In this document: positions 17,894 through 26,469 of the stretch, in pieces
How positions within the stretch are numbered: the first letter of the stretch is position 1
Layout of the letters: each line of letters begins with the position of its first letter
Assembly (NCBI GenBank): GCA_035491715.1
Contig: DATJKH010000140.1
Location: forward strand, 2,071-66,070
From: Vicinamibacterales bacterium
Lineage (GTDB): Bacteria > Acidobacteriota > Vicinamibacteria > Vicinamibacterales > 2-12-FULL-66-21
DNA: 64,000 nucleotides
Direction of reading: 5' to 3'
Made by a program: the position numbers and the translations under genes
Notes under the pieces: model-generated
What the model saw: only the letters and a program-made list of their open reading frames with translations
Told to the model about the DNA's origin: nothing
Databases searched by the model: none

Positions 17894-20101
17894 CTATCGC
17901 GTCTCCGTCGGACACGCGATTGACGTCGCCACAGATCTGATTAGGTTGTTTCCGGTCATCGTGATGCTGTCGACGGCGCGCTGGAATTTGAGGACGGACC
18001 CGACCGACTTCTTGCAGTCGGGTGGCGCGATTTCGACAGCTTCGACCGGTGTTCCGGTCATGTGATACGTTTCGTCGCGGGCCAGATACGTCACACGGGC
18101 GCCAGTGGCCACGCGGCCGCCTTCCTTGACCACCACCGAACCATTCGCGCCATAGCCTTCGACGCGCTCGAGCTCATTGACGTCCTTCTTCATAAACAGC
18201 TCGAGCTTTTCGGCCGCGACGTCCCCCTGTGAACCGATCAGGTGCGCCTTGGTGGTGTAGGTCGCCAGACGTTTCGCGTCGTCGTACAAAAATGTTTCCG
18301 ATTCTCCAGTTGACTTCGTGCTCTTGCGCACATTGGTCTTCGGATCGACGTCGTCCATCATCATTTCGGTATGCACGTTGACGCGAGCTTCCAGGTTGCC
18401 GGTCTTATCGTCAACCACGATGGTGTCGGCGTTCACTTTGGTGACTCCCTGCCACAACCGGGAATTTCCAACGTAGACGGCGCGGCCTGCCAGCCCATCG
18501 TAGTCGAGCCGGTTGGACGTGACGGTGACGGGTTGGTCCTGCTGGAGCAGCGACGGGACGTGTGTGTCCGAACCGGATCGGTTCGCCGGGGTCTGACCCT
18601 GGTCTGACCCCGGTTTGACCCCGGTCTGACCCCGGTCTGGCCCCTTCTGCGGCAGCATGGACGTTCGCACTTTCGTGTCCGCTTTCAGCTTCCGCGTTCC
18701 AATCGAGAACTCGATCGTTCGCGCTTCGACGGTGACACGCCCGTCGCTCACCCGCGGGGCCGGCGGACCCGGATCCTGCGATGGCGACAGATCGATCTGG
18801 TCTTTGTCGACATGGTACAAGCCGTGAGTCGAGTCGGCCACGACCTGCGGACCGTCGGTGAAGTGCACGTTGCCGCGAAAGTCTGCCTGTTCGACCGCGC
18901 CAAACCCCGGCTTGGTCGTCACGATCAGGGTCATCGCGCGGGCCTGCCGATCGATCGCCGGCAGAGTGCCGCGTGCCGCGCGGATCTCGCGATAGTCGAC
19001 ATTGCCGCCAAACGTTGCGTTCTGCAGCCCCGTTCCCGGTGCGCCGGTGGCGTTCAAAGTCGCTGAACGAATCCGCTTTGCGGGTGAATCGCCGTCGGGC
19101 GGCAGGTCCACCTGGACGTTCTCCATCGCGTCGAGATTGGTCAGCGTCTTGCCATCTGGCGACATCGTCAGGTCGATCGTCTTCCCGGCGACCCGCTTCC
19201 CTGCACCGTTGCCTTCACCCGGCAGCTGGACGACCGCGTTTTCGACCAGATGCGAACGCTGGAGCGTGCGGCCATCGTCGCCGTAGGTCAGGTCGATGTC
19301 GCGAGCGGTCATCGATTGCGGACCGCCGTCGCCAGAGCCGGTGATCCGGCTGTTGTTGCGGAGCTGCAGAAGCTGGACGCGCTGATCGTCCTGGGTCAGC
19401 ATGATGGTGATGTCGTCGGCGTCGATCACCCGTCCTTCGGCAACGATATGTGCGCTTCGCGTCAGCTTCAGATAGTGTTCCGCTCTCGCGAGGCCGATCG
19501 TTTCGGCCCTGGCATCGATCGCGCCCTGACCTTTCTCGTCAGGCGTCACAGTCACGTGCGGCTGCGCCAACAGCCACAGCACTTCACGGTTGAAATCGTA
19601 GGTCGCTCCGACACCGGTTCCGTGCATACGACTACGCGTGAAGGCGACCGGTCCGGGTGCCTTGAGTAGTCCGGCCTGGTGATCATAGGTCGCGTCCTCG
19701 GTCGTGACCTCGGTGCCGTCGCTCGTCAGCTTGACCGCGCCGATGTAATGCGCCGTCTTCAAATCCTCACCAGCCTGAACCACCTCCGCCTCGTTGCTTC
19801 GAACCGTGAACGGCTTTCCATTTCTCTCCGACGTGATCTCGACACCATTCACCAGACGTGTGCGACCGTCGCTGTAGCTGCACTGGCCGCCAAACTTCAT
19901 GGAGAACACAATCTTGCCGTCTTTCGACTGCTTGATTTCGCCGCCCTGCATGTTTTCGAGAATGCAGTCCTTGTCGCGCCGCTCGGGCACGGCCGCGGCA
20001 GCCGGCGGCGCCTGACGCTGACGCAAGGCGATAGCGACGATCGCGATGAAGACGATCACGAACGCGGCGATAGCGAACCGGGCCTTTTTCTGCCAAGTCA
20101 T
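17894..20101 (-). CDS. Membrane-anchored LptC/LptA (OstA-like) multi-repeat protein, putative fused LPS-transport bridge
   Basis: 735 aa. Single N-terminal TM (FAIAAFVIVFIAIVAIAL), then several OstA-like repeats of the 'A..l.Yd......a.l.GnV' kind. Occupies the lptC-lptA position upstream of lptB. Confidence 0.7.
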   Translation of the reverse strand: MTWQKKARFAIAAFVIVFIAIVAIALRQRQAPPAAAAVPERRDKDCILENMQGGEIKQSKDGKIVFSMKFGGQCSYSDGRTRLVNGVEITSERNGKPFTVRSNEAEVVQAGEDLKTAHYIGAVKLTSDGTEVTTEDATYDHQAGLLKAPGPVAFTRSRMHGTGVGATYDFNREVLWLLAQPHVTVTPDEKGQGAIDARAETIGLARAEHYLKLTRSAHIVAEGRVIDADDITIMLTQDDQRVQLLQLRNNSRITGSGDGGPQSMTARDIDLTYGDDGRTLQRSHLVENAVVQLPGEGNGAGKRVAGKTIDLTMSPDGKTLTNLDAMENVQVDLPPDGDSPAKRIRSATLNATGAPGTGLQNATFGGNVDYREIRAARGTLPAIDRQARAMTLIVTTKPGFGAVEQADFRGNVHFTDGPQVVADSTHGLYHVDKDQIDLSPSQDPGPPAPRVSDGRVTVEARTIEFSIGTRKLKADTKVRTSMLPQKGPDRGQTGVKPGSDQGQTPANRSGSDTHVPSLLQQDQPVTVTSNRLDYDGLAGRAVYVGNSRLWQGVTKVNADTIVVDDKTGNLEARVNVHTEMMMDDVDPKTNVRKSTKSTGESETFLYDDAKRLATYTTKAHLIGSQGDVAAEKLELFMKKDVNELERVEGYGANGSVVVKEGGRVATGARVTYLARDETYHMTGTPVEAVEIAPPDCKKSVGSVLKFQRAVDSITMTGNNLIRSVATSIACPTETR
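18589..18643 (-). repeat. Five tandem copies of an 11-bp unit (GGTCTGACCCC consensus) inside the LptC/LptA-like CDS
   Basis: Units ggtctgaccct ggtctgacccc ggtttgacccc ggtctgacccc ggtctggcccc. Encodes ...GPDRGQTGVKPGSDQGQTP... Confidence 0.9.
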
Positions 20102-20111
20102 CTCGGTTGAA

Positions 20112-20174
20112 GTTACCAGTTGCCAGTTACCAGTTTCCAGTTCCGACGATTGAGGAGTGGAAACTGGAAACCGG
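20112..20174 (-). repeat. Heptad-periodic palindromic element (GTTNCCA units) between recJ and the LptC/LptA-like gene
   Basis: GTTACCA GTTGCCA GTTACCA GTTTCCA GTTCCGA, 12-nt loop, then GGAAACT GGAAACC GG. Confidence 0.8.
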
Positions 20175-20180
20175 CGACTA

Positions 20181-21905
20181 TCACTCAGCGTCGCCCAGGC
20201 TTTTGATGTCCGCGACGCTCAGTTCAAGATACGTTTCCCCCTGGAACTCGTTCTTTTCGAGCGAGAAGGCGAGGTTCACTCCGGCGCGGTTTTGATTGAG
20301 AAACTCGGCGCGATCGGCGGCGCGCCACGCGATGGCGCGAAAACGCCGCCCATCCTGCGAAAACGTCATCTTCAGATGCCGATCCTTGAGCGCGCGCGGT
20401 CCGTCAACTATCTCGACGCCTGAGGCATGAAAGACGGGGCGCGGATTCGCCATGCCGAACGGGCCCATCGTGTCGAGTTCGCGCATGAAGTCGGGGGTGA
20501 TCGACCGCAGGCTCAACGGACCATCGATACGAAGACGTGGACGAAGCTGATCCGGCTCGAGCACCGCGTCGGCATAGGCATTTATGCGCGACCGGAACTC
20601 GGGGACTCGGGCGGCTTCCATCGTCAGGCCGGCCGCCTGCTTGTGACCGCCGAATCTGAGGAATACGTCGGAGCAATGCTCCAGGGCGGCGAGCATGTCG
20701 AAATCAGGAATGCTTCGACAGGATCCATGCGCCACTCCCCCTTCGACCGACAGAACGATTGCCGGCTTGTGGAATGTATCCACGAGCTTCGAGGCGGCAA
20801 TACCGATGACACCGCGATGCCATCCATCTCCACCGACCACCAGGACGTTATGCGCGCCGATGGCCGGGTCCGTTTCGATGCCCCTGCGAGCCTGGGCAAC
20901 GAGGTCTGCTTCTTCCTGCTGCCGCCGGAGGTTCTCGTCGTTCAACTGTTGCGCGAGCCCGCGGGCTTCCTCCCCCATGGCTTCGTCGGTCGCCAGCAGC
21001 AGCCGTGTCGCGATATCCGGCGTGCTCATACGACCGGCGGCGTTGACTCGAGGCGCCAACATGAACGCGACCTGGTAACTATCGATCGTCTTCCCGCTCA
21101 GGCCGGACGCGTCGAGCAGCGACCGCAGGCCGATCGTGTGCGGCCCGCGACTGAGTGAGGCCAGCCCGAGGCGCGCGATCACGCGATTCTCGCCAACCAA
21201 TGGGACGACATCCGCCAGTGTGCCAATCGCCGCGACCTTGATGAATGCCGGCAGCCACTTTCCCTTGCCGGCGCGATGGCAGAGCGCCTGGACGAGTTTG
21301 AGAGCGACGCCAACGCCGGCCAAATGCTTGTCTGGATAGGTGCAGTCGGCGCGCTTGGGGTTGATCACCGCGAGCGCTGCTGGCAGCGTCCCCTCGGGTT
21401 CGTGATGATCGGTGACGATCAGGTCGACACCGAGTTCGCGGGCGCGAGCCGCAGCATCCGAGCTTCTGATTCCGCAGTCGACCGACACAATCACACCGAC
21501 GCGTTCGCCATGAAGCCGGTCGATCGCGGCTCGCTGCAATCCATACCCGTCGCGCAGTCGTTCAGGGATGAAATGGATGACATCGCCCCCCAGCATTTCG
21601 AGGGCGCGGCGAAGGATGACCGTGGAGGTAATACCGTCGACGTCGTAATCGCCATGAATCGCAATCCGCTCGCGGCGCGCGAGTGCCTGCTCCAGCCGAT
21701 CGACAGCCCGGTCCATATCCGCCAGGCGGAACGGGTCGTGTAAGTGATCCAGCGAGGGATTCAAAAAGCGAGTGGCGTCGTCAACGTTACTGAATCCACG
21801 AAGGCACAACAGCCGGGCGATGATCGGGTGGACGCCAAGTGCGGCGGCGAGGGTGGCGGCCTGGTCGTCATTGCACGGCAGATGATGCCATAGGAGGGTT
21901 TTCAT
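20181..21905 (-). CDS. recJ: Single-stranded-DNA-specific exonuclease RecJ
   Basis: ORF 20181..22106 trimmed to ATG 21905 (MKTLLWHHLP...). DHH motifs IAIHGDYDVDGITS and DLIVTDHH, then DHHA1 GGHKQAAG. The 67-codon extension overlaps accA. Confidence 0.92.
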   Translation of the reverse strand: MKTLLWHHLPCNDDQAATLAAALGVHPIIARLLCLRGFSNVDDATRFLNPSLDHLHDPFRLADMDRAVDRLEQALARRERIAIHGDYDVDGITSTVILRRALEMLGGDVIHFIPERLRDGYGLQRAAIDRLHGERVGVIVSVDCGIRSSDAAARARELGVDLIVTDHHEPEGTLPAALAVINPKRADCTYPDKHLAGVGVALKLVQALCHRAGKGKWLPAFIKVAAIGTLADVVPLVGENRVIARLGLASLSRGPHTIGLRSLLDASGLSGKTIDSYQVAFMLAPRVNAAGRMSTPDIATRLLLATDEAMGEEARGLAQQLNDENLRRQQEEADLVAQARRGIETDPAIGAHNVLVVGGDGWHRGVIGIAASKLVDTFHKPAIVLSVEGGVAHGSCRSIPDFDMLAALEHCSDVFLRFGGHKQAAGLTMEAARVPEFRSRINAYADAVLEPDQLRPRLRIDGPLSLRSITPDFMRELDTMGPFGMANPRPVFHASGVEIVDGPRALKDRHLKMTFSQDGRRFRAIAWRAADRAEFLNQNRAGVNLAFSLEKNEFQGETYLELSVADIKSLGDAE

Positions 21906-21915
21906 TAATGGATTG

Positions 21916-22908
21916 TCACTGAGCCGGCTCCATTCGCGGCTCGTTCGTATCCAGGAATGAGCTTCGCTCCTCACCCATCTTGCGGAACTTGTCGTAACGA
22001 ACGCGAAGCCGATCGTCGACCGAAAGCGCGGCAACTTCCGGCAGCGCGGCAGAGAGAGCTTGATCGACCAGCGCGGTTGCGGCATCGGCGTTGTTGTGTG
22101 CGCCACCGGTCGGTTCGGGCACGATCCCGTCGATGAGGCCGAGGGCCAGCATATCGGGCGCCGTGATCTTCAATGCCGCCGCGGCCTCGACCTTGCGGTT
22201 GGCGTCTCGCCAGAGAATCGCCGCGCATCCTTCAGGTGGAATCACGCTATAGACGGCAAACTCCTGCATCAGCACGCGATCGCCAATCGCAATACCCAAG
22301 GCGCCGCCACTGCCACCCTCGCCGCAGACGAGCACGACAATCGGCACTTCGAGCATCATCATCTCGCGGAGATTGAAGGCAATCGCCTCGGCGACGCCGC
22401 GCTCCTCTGATTCGACGCCGGGATAGGCCGCCGGCGTATCGATAAAGACGATGATCGGCCGGGCAAACTTCTGGGCGAGCTGCATCACCCGAAGCGCTTT
22501 ACGGTAACCCTCCGGCCGCGCGTAGCCGAAATTCCGGTAAATCTTCTGCTTGGTGTCGCCGCCTCCCTTTTGATGGCCGATGATCGCGACTGGTTGGTCG
22601 CGATACTGCGCCAGGCCGGCGACCATCGCATGATCGTCGGCGAAACGGCGATCGCCGTGGAGCTCGTCCCATCCGGTGAACAGGCGCTCGATGTAATCGA
22701 GCGTGTTCGGGCGATTCGGGTGACGCGCGACCAGCACGCGCTGCCACGGCGTCAGATTGGCGTATAACTCTGCCCGGATCTCGTCCGCCCGCCGCCGCAG
22801 CGAGTCGATCGAGCGCTCCCGATCGGGCGTGCGTGGCAGCATGCTCAGCGCTTCGATTTCCTTTAGCAGTACTCCGATCGGTTCTTCGAATTCCAGTAAG
22901 TCAGGCAT
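21916..22908 (-). CDS. accA: Acetyl-CoA carboxylase carboxyltransferase subunit alpha
   Basis: 330 aa. RPNTLDYI...FIDTPAAYPG...AEERG-type blocks. Confidence 0.93.
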   Translation of the reverse strand: MPDLLEFEEPIGVLLKEIEALSMLPRTPDRERSIDSLRRRADEIRAELYANLTPWQRVLVARHPNRPNTLDYIERLFTGWDELHGDRRFADDHAMVAGLAQYRDQPVAIIGHQKGGGDTKQKIYRNFGYARPEGYRKALRVMQLAQKFARPIIVFIDTPAAYPGVESEERGVAEAIAFNLREMMMLEVPIVVLVCGEGGSGGALGIAIGDRVLMQEFAVYSVIPPEGCAAILWRDANRKVEAAAALKITAPDMLALGLIDGIVPEPTGGAHNNADAATALVDQALSAALPEVAALSVDDRLRVRYDKFRKMGEERSSFLDTNEPRMEPAQ

Positions 22909-22916
22909 GATTCGAT

Positions 22917-25900
22917 TCAGCGTAGCTCCACCGTTCCTGTCCCACAGATCTGTTCGACCTCCGCGACGAGCTTGTCCGACGGCCGCACCCGTTGCGCGAC
23001 GTCGGCGCGCACGCGCATTGGTGGCGGACCGCTGACGTCGAGCTCCAGCGACACGCGCCGGTCACCGCGATGCCGGGCGAGTAACTCGGCGAGCGCTTCG
23101 AACATCGTCCGCGCCTGCGACCCTTGACCGAGATGAATCACCACTTCGCGCGTCGTCTTTTCTTTCAGCGATGCGATCGGCATCAGTTCCGTCGAGACGA
23201 TGCGCGCCGATTCATCGTCGCGTTCGAGCTTGCCGCGCACGAGCAGCATGGCGTCGGCTTCGATGAGCGCGCCAAACTTGCTGAAGGTTTCGGGAAAGAC
23301 GACCACTTCGACCGCGCCACCGACGTCGTCGAGCATGAACACCGCCATGCGTTCGCCCCGGCGCGTCTTGAGTGGACGAAGCCCGGACACAATGCCGCCA
23401 ACCCAGATGTCCGCTTCGGAAGCCGTCAAATCGGCGACGCGGCGGGCTCCGAACGTCTTCAATTCTTCGCTAAAGCGATCGAGCGGATGGCCGCTCATAT
23501 ACAGGCCGAGCGCTTCCTTCTCACCGGCGAGCTGCTGGATTTCGGTCCACGCCGGCGCCTCCGGCAGGGGCACTGCGGCCGTCGGGCTGTCGTTGTCGCC
23601 GCCGCCGAACAACTGGGACTGTCCCTTCTCGCGATCGCGCTGGTGACGGCCGCCGTGTTCGATTGCCCTGTCGACCGCGGCAAACAGGCGCGCCCGCCGC
23701 GCAGCGACGCTGCCGCTTGCCTGTGAGACGAGTGAATCCAGGGCACCTGCCTTGATCAAGCTCTCGAGCACCCGCTTGTTAACCAGCCGCAAATCGGCAG
23801 ATTCACACAGCGTGTAAAGCGAATCGATGCGCCCGCGCTCGCGACGGACGTTGAGCATGGACTGGATCGCACCCTCTCCGACGTTCTTGACCGCGCACAG
23901 TCCGAACCTGACGCCCCCGTTCACCACCGTGAACGCCATCTCGCTCGAGTTGATGTCGGGCGCAAAGATGGTGACGCCGAGTTCGCGGCATTCTCCAAGG
24001 TACATCGCGAGCTTGTCTGTATTGGCCGCCTCGATGGTGAGCAGCGCCGCCATGAAATGCGCGGGATAATTCGCCTTGAGGTATGCGGTCTGATATGCCA
24101 CCCACGCATACGTCGTCGAGTGCGACTTGTTGAAGCCGTAGCCGGCAAAGAATTCCATCAAGTCGAAAATCTTGGTGGCCTTCTTCTCGCTGACTCCGTT
24201 CTTGATGGCGCCGCTGACGAACGCCTCGCGCTGCTTCGCCATGACCTTGGGATCTTTCTTTCCCATGGCCTTCCGAAGGACGTCGGACTGGCCCATCGTA
24301 AAGCCCGCCAGCACGGCGGCAATGCGCATGACCTGTTCCTGGTAGGCAATGACCCCGTAGGTATCTTTGAGGATCGGCGCGAGCTGCGAGAGTTCGTATT
24401 TGACCTCGGTCTTTCCCTGCTTGCGTGAGATGTAGTCGTCGACCATCCCGCTCTTGAGCGGGCCGGGCCGATACAGCGCATTCAACGCAATCAGATCGTC
24501 GAGCCGCTCCGGCTTGGCCTTCCGGAGCAGCTCACGCATGCCGGAGCTTTCGAACTGGAACACGCCGTAGGTCTGACCATCGCAGAACAACTGGAAGGTT
24601 TTCGCGTCGTTCAACGGAATGGCGTCGATGTCGAGATCGATGGCCTCGGTGCGTCGAATCTCGTCGAGCGCATCACGAATAAGCGTGAGGGTACTCAGCC
24701 CGAGAAAATCCATCTTGAGGAGGCCCATCCGTTCGACCTCCTTCATTGCCCATTGGGTGACGATTTCGTCCTTTTGACTCTTGTAGAGAGGAACGAACTC
24801 GGTCAAGGGCCGTGGCGCGATCACGACACCCGCGGCGTGGACCGACGCATGCCGGGTCATGCCCTCGAGTCGACGCGCGACGCCGAGCAGCTCCTTGACC
24901 CGATCGTCCTTCTGCTCCATGTCTTTGAGGACGGGGTTCTCCTCGAGCGCCTTGTCGAGCGTCATGTCCAGTGCCGGCGGGATCGCTTTCGCCACGCGAT
25001 CGGCGTCGGCATACGGAATGTCCATGACGCGCGCGACATCGCGAACGACCGCTCGCGCCTTCATCGTGCCGAACGTGATGATCTGGGCGACGTTCTCGCG
25101 GCCGTACTTGCGCGTCACGTAGTCGATGACTTCGCCGCGCCGCCGCTCGCAGAAGTCAATGTCGATGTCGGGAAGCGACACGCGCTCGGGATTGAGGAAC
25201 CGTTCGAAGATCAGGTCGTACGCGATCGGGTCGACGTCGGTAATCCGAAGACAATACGCGACGAAACTGCCGGCGGCGGAACCACGGCCGGGCCCGACCG
25301 GAATGCCCTGCTCGCGGGCGTAGCGAATGAAGTCCCAGGTGATCAGGAAGTACCCCGGGTATTTCATTTTCTTGATCATGTCGACTTCGTACGTCAGCCG
25401 GCGAACGTATTCGTCAATCGTATGGCTGAGCACTCCAGCTGCCGCCAGTTCCTTGAGCCTCGGCAAACGCTGCGCGAAACCCTCTCGCACGACGTGTTCG
25501 AAGTAGTCGTCGAGCGTCGAGCCGGGAGGCACGTCGAAATTCGGCAGGTGGTTGATCGCGTTGGAGAGGTCGACATTGCACCGCTCCGCGATCCGCATCG
25601 TGTTTGCCAGCGCGTCGGGGTGGTCCTTGAATACCACCGACATTTCCTCGGCGGTCTTCAGGTAGAACTGATCGCCGTGGTATCGCAGACGCTCCGTGTC
25701 GTTGACCGATTTACCAGTGCCGATGCACAGCAGCACATCGTGCGGTTTGAAGTCCGAGTTCTGGAGATAATGCACGTCGTTGGTCGCGACCAGCGACAGG
25801 CCCAGGTCCCTTGCGATCGGGAGCAGCCCGGTATTGACGACCGTCTGCTCGTCGATCCCCTGATACTGCATCTCGAGGAAGAAATTCTTCGCACCGAGAA

Positions 25901-26393
25901 TGTCGCGATACGCGGCCGCCGCGGCGATTGCTTTCTGCTGCTGCTCGGTGCGGATGCCGGTCGCCACTTCTCCCTTGAGACAACTGCTCAAGCCAATCAG
26001 GCCTTCGGCATGCTGCGCCAGCAGGTCCTTGTCGATGCGTGGCTTGTAGTAGAACCCCTCGGTATACCCCGACGACACCAGCTTGATCAGATTGTGATAG
26101 CCGGTCTTGTTCTCGGCCAGCAACACCAGGTGATTGGCGGTTTCACCGGGCGTTCCGCTCTTGGTCCGTCGATCGCCCGGCGCGACGTAGACCTCGCATC
26201 CGAGGATCGGGTTGAGTCCCCGTTTTCTCGCCTGATCGTGAAAAATCACCGACGAGAACATGTTCCCGTGCTCGGTGATCGCCGCGCCCGGCATTTTCAG
26301 CTCCGCGACACGATCCAGCAGCTCCTCAATCCGGCACGCGCCGTCGAGCAGCGAGTATTCGGAGTGAAGGTGAAGGTGGACGAAGTCGGACAT
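22917..26393 (-). CDS. dnaE: DNA polymerase III subunit alpha
   Basis: ORF 22917..26399. PHP domain FVHLHLHSEYSLLDG, polymerase core, OB fold. ATG at 26393; the TTG at 26399 lies inside the heptad repeat. Confidence 0.95.
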   Translation of the reverse strand: MSDFVHLHLHSEYSLLDGACRIEELLDRVAELKMPGAAITEHGNMFSSVIFHDQARKRGLNPILGCEVYVAPGDRRTKSGTPGETANHLVLLAENKTGYHNLIKLVSSGYTEGFYYKPRIDKDLLAQHAEGLIGLSSCLKGEVATGIRTEQQQKAIAAAAAYRDILGAKNFFLEMQYQGIDEQTVVNTGLLPIARDLGLSLVATNDVHYLQNSDFKPHDVLLCIGTGKSVNDTERLRYHGDQFYLKTAEEMSVVFKDHPDALANTMRIAERCNVDLSNAINHLPNFDVPPGSTLDDYFEHVVREGFAQRLPRLKELAAAGVLSHTIDEYVRRLTYEVDMIKKMKYPGYFLITWDFIRYAREQGIPVGPGRGSAAGSFVAYCLRITDVDPIAYDLIFERFLNPERVSLPDIDIDFCERRRGEVIDYVTRKYGRENVAQIITFGTMKARAVVRDVARVMDIPYADADRVAKAIPPALDMTLDKALEENPVLKDMEQKDDRVKELLGVARRLEGMTRHASVHAAGVVIAPRPLTEFVPLYKSQKDEIVTQWAMKEVERMGLLKMDFLGLSTLTLIRDALDEIRRTEAIDLDIDAIPLNDAKTFQLFCDGQTYGVFQFESSGMRELLRKAKPERLDDLIALNALYRPGPLKSGMVDDYISRKQGKTEVKYELSQLAPILKDTYGVIAYQEQVMRIAAVLAGFTMGQSDVLRKAMGKKDPKVMAKQREAFVSGAIKNGVSEKKATKIFDLMEFFAGYGFNKSHSTTYAWVAYQTAYLKANYPAHFMAALLTIEAANTDKLAMYLGECRELGVTIFAPDINSSEMAFTVVNGGVRFGLCAVKNVGEGAIQSMLNVRRERGRIDSLYTLCESADLRLVNKRVLESLIKAGALDSLVSQASGSVAARRARLFAAVDRAIEHGGRHQRDREKGQSQLFGGGDNDSPTAAVPLPEAPAWTEIQQLAGEKEALGLYMSGHPLDRFSEELKTFGARRVADLTASEADIWVGGIVSGLRPLKTRRGERMAVFMLDDVGGAVEVVVFPETFSKFGALIEADAMLLVRGKLERDDESARIVSTELMPIASLKEKTTREVVIHLGQGSQARTMFEALAELLARHRGDRRVSLELDVSGPPPMRVRADVAQRVRPSDKLVAEVEQICGTGTVELR

Positions 26394-26394
26394 A

Positions 26395-26467
26395 CTCAAT
26401 GTTCAATGTTCAATGTTCGATGTCCAATGGCGACCGCGATGCATTGCACATTAAACAGTGAGCATGG
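26395..26467 (-). repeat. Heptad-periodic palindromic element (TNCAATG units) between guaA and dnaE
   Basis: CTCAATG TTCAATG TTCAATG TTCGATG TCCAATG, loop, then GCATTGCACATTAAACAGTGAGCATGG. On the coding strand the 3' arm ...CATTGAACATTGAGT abuts the dnaE ATG. Confidence 0.85.
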
Positions 26468-26469
26468 GT

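Noticed and set aside
21906-22106. N-terminal extensions in the ORF track: recJ to 22106, aminotransferase to 30839, SBP from 40899, speB from 45522, uricase from 52170, apt to 52121, acyP to 52601, BNR protein to 56522, tolQ from 4274
   Set aside because: The extensions overlap neighbouring genes or translate repeat DNA. The recognisable protein family begins at an internal start in each case.
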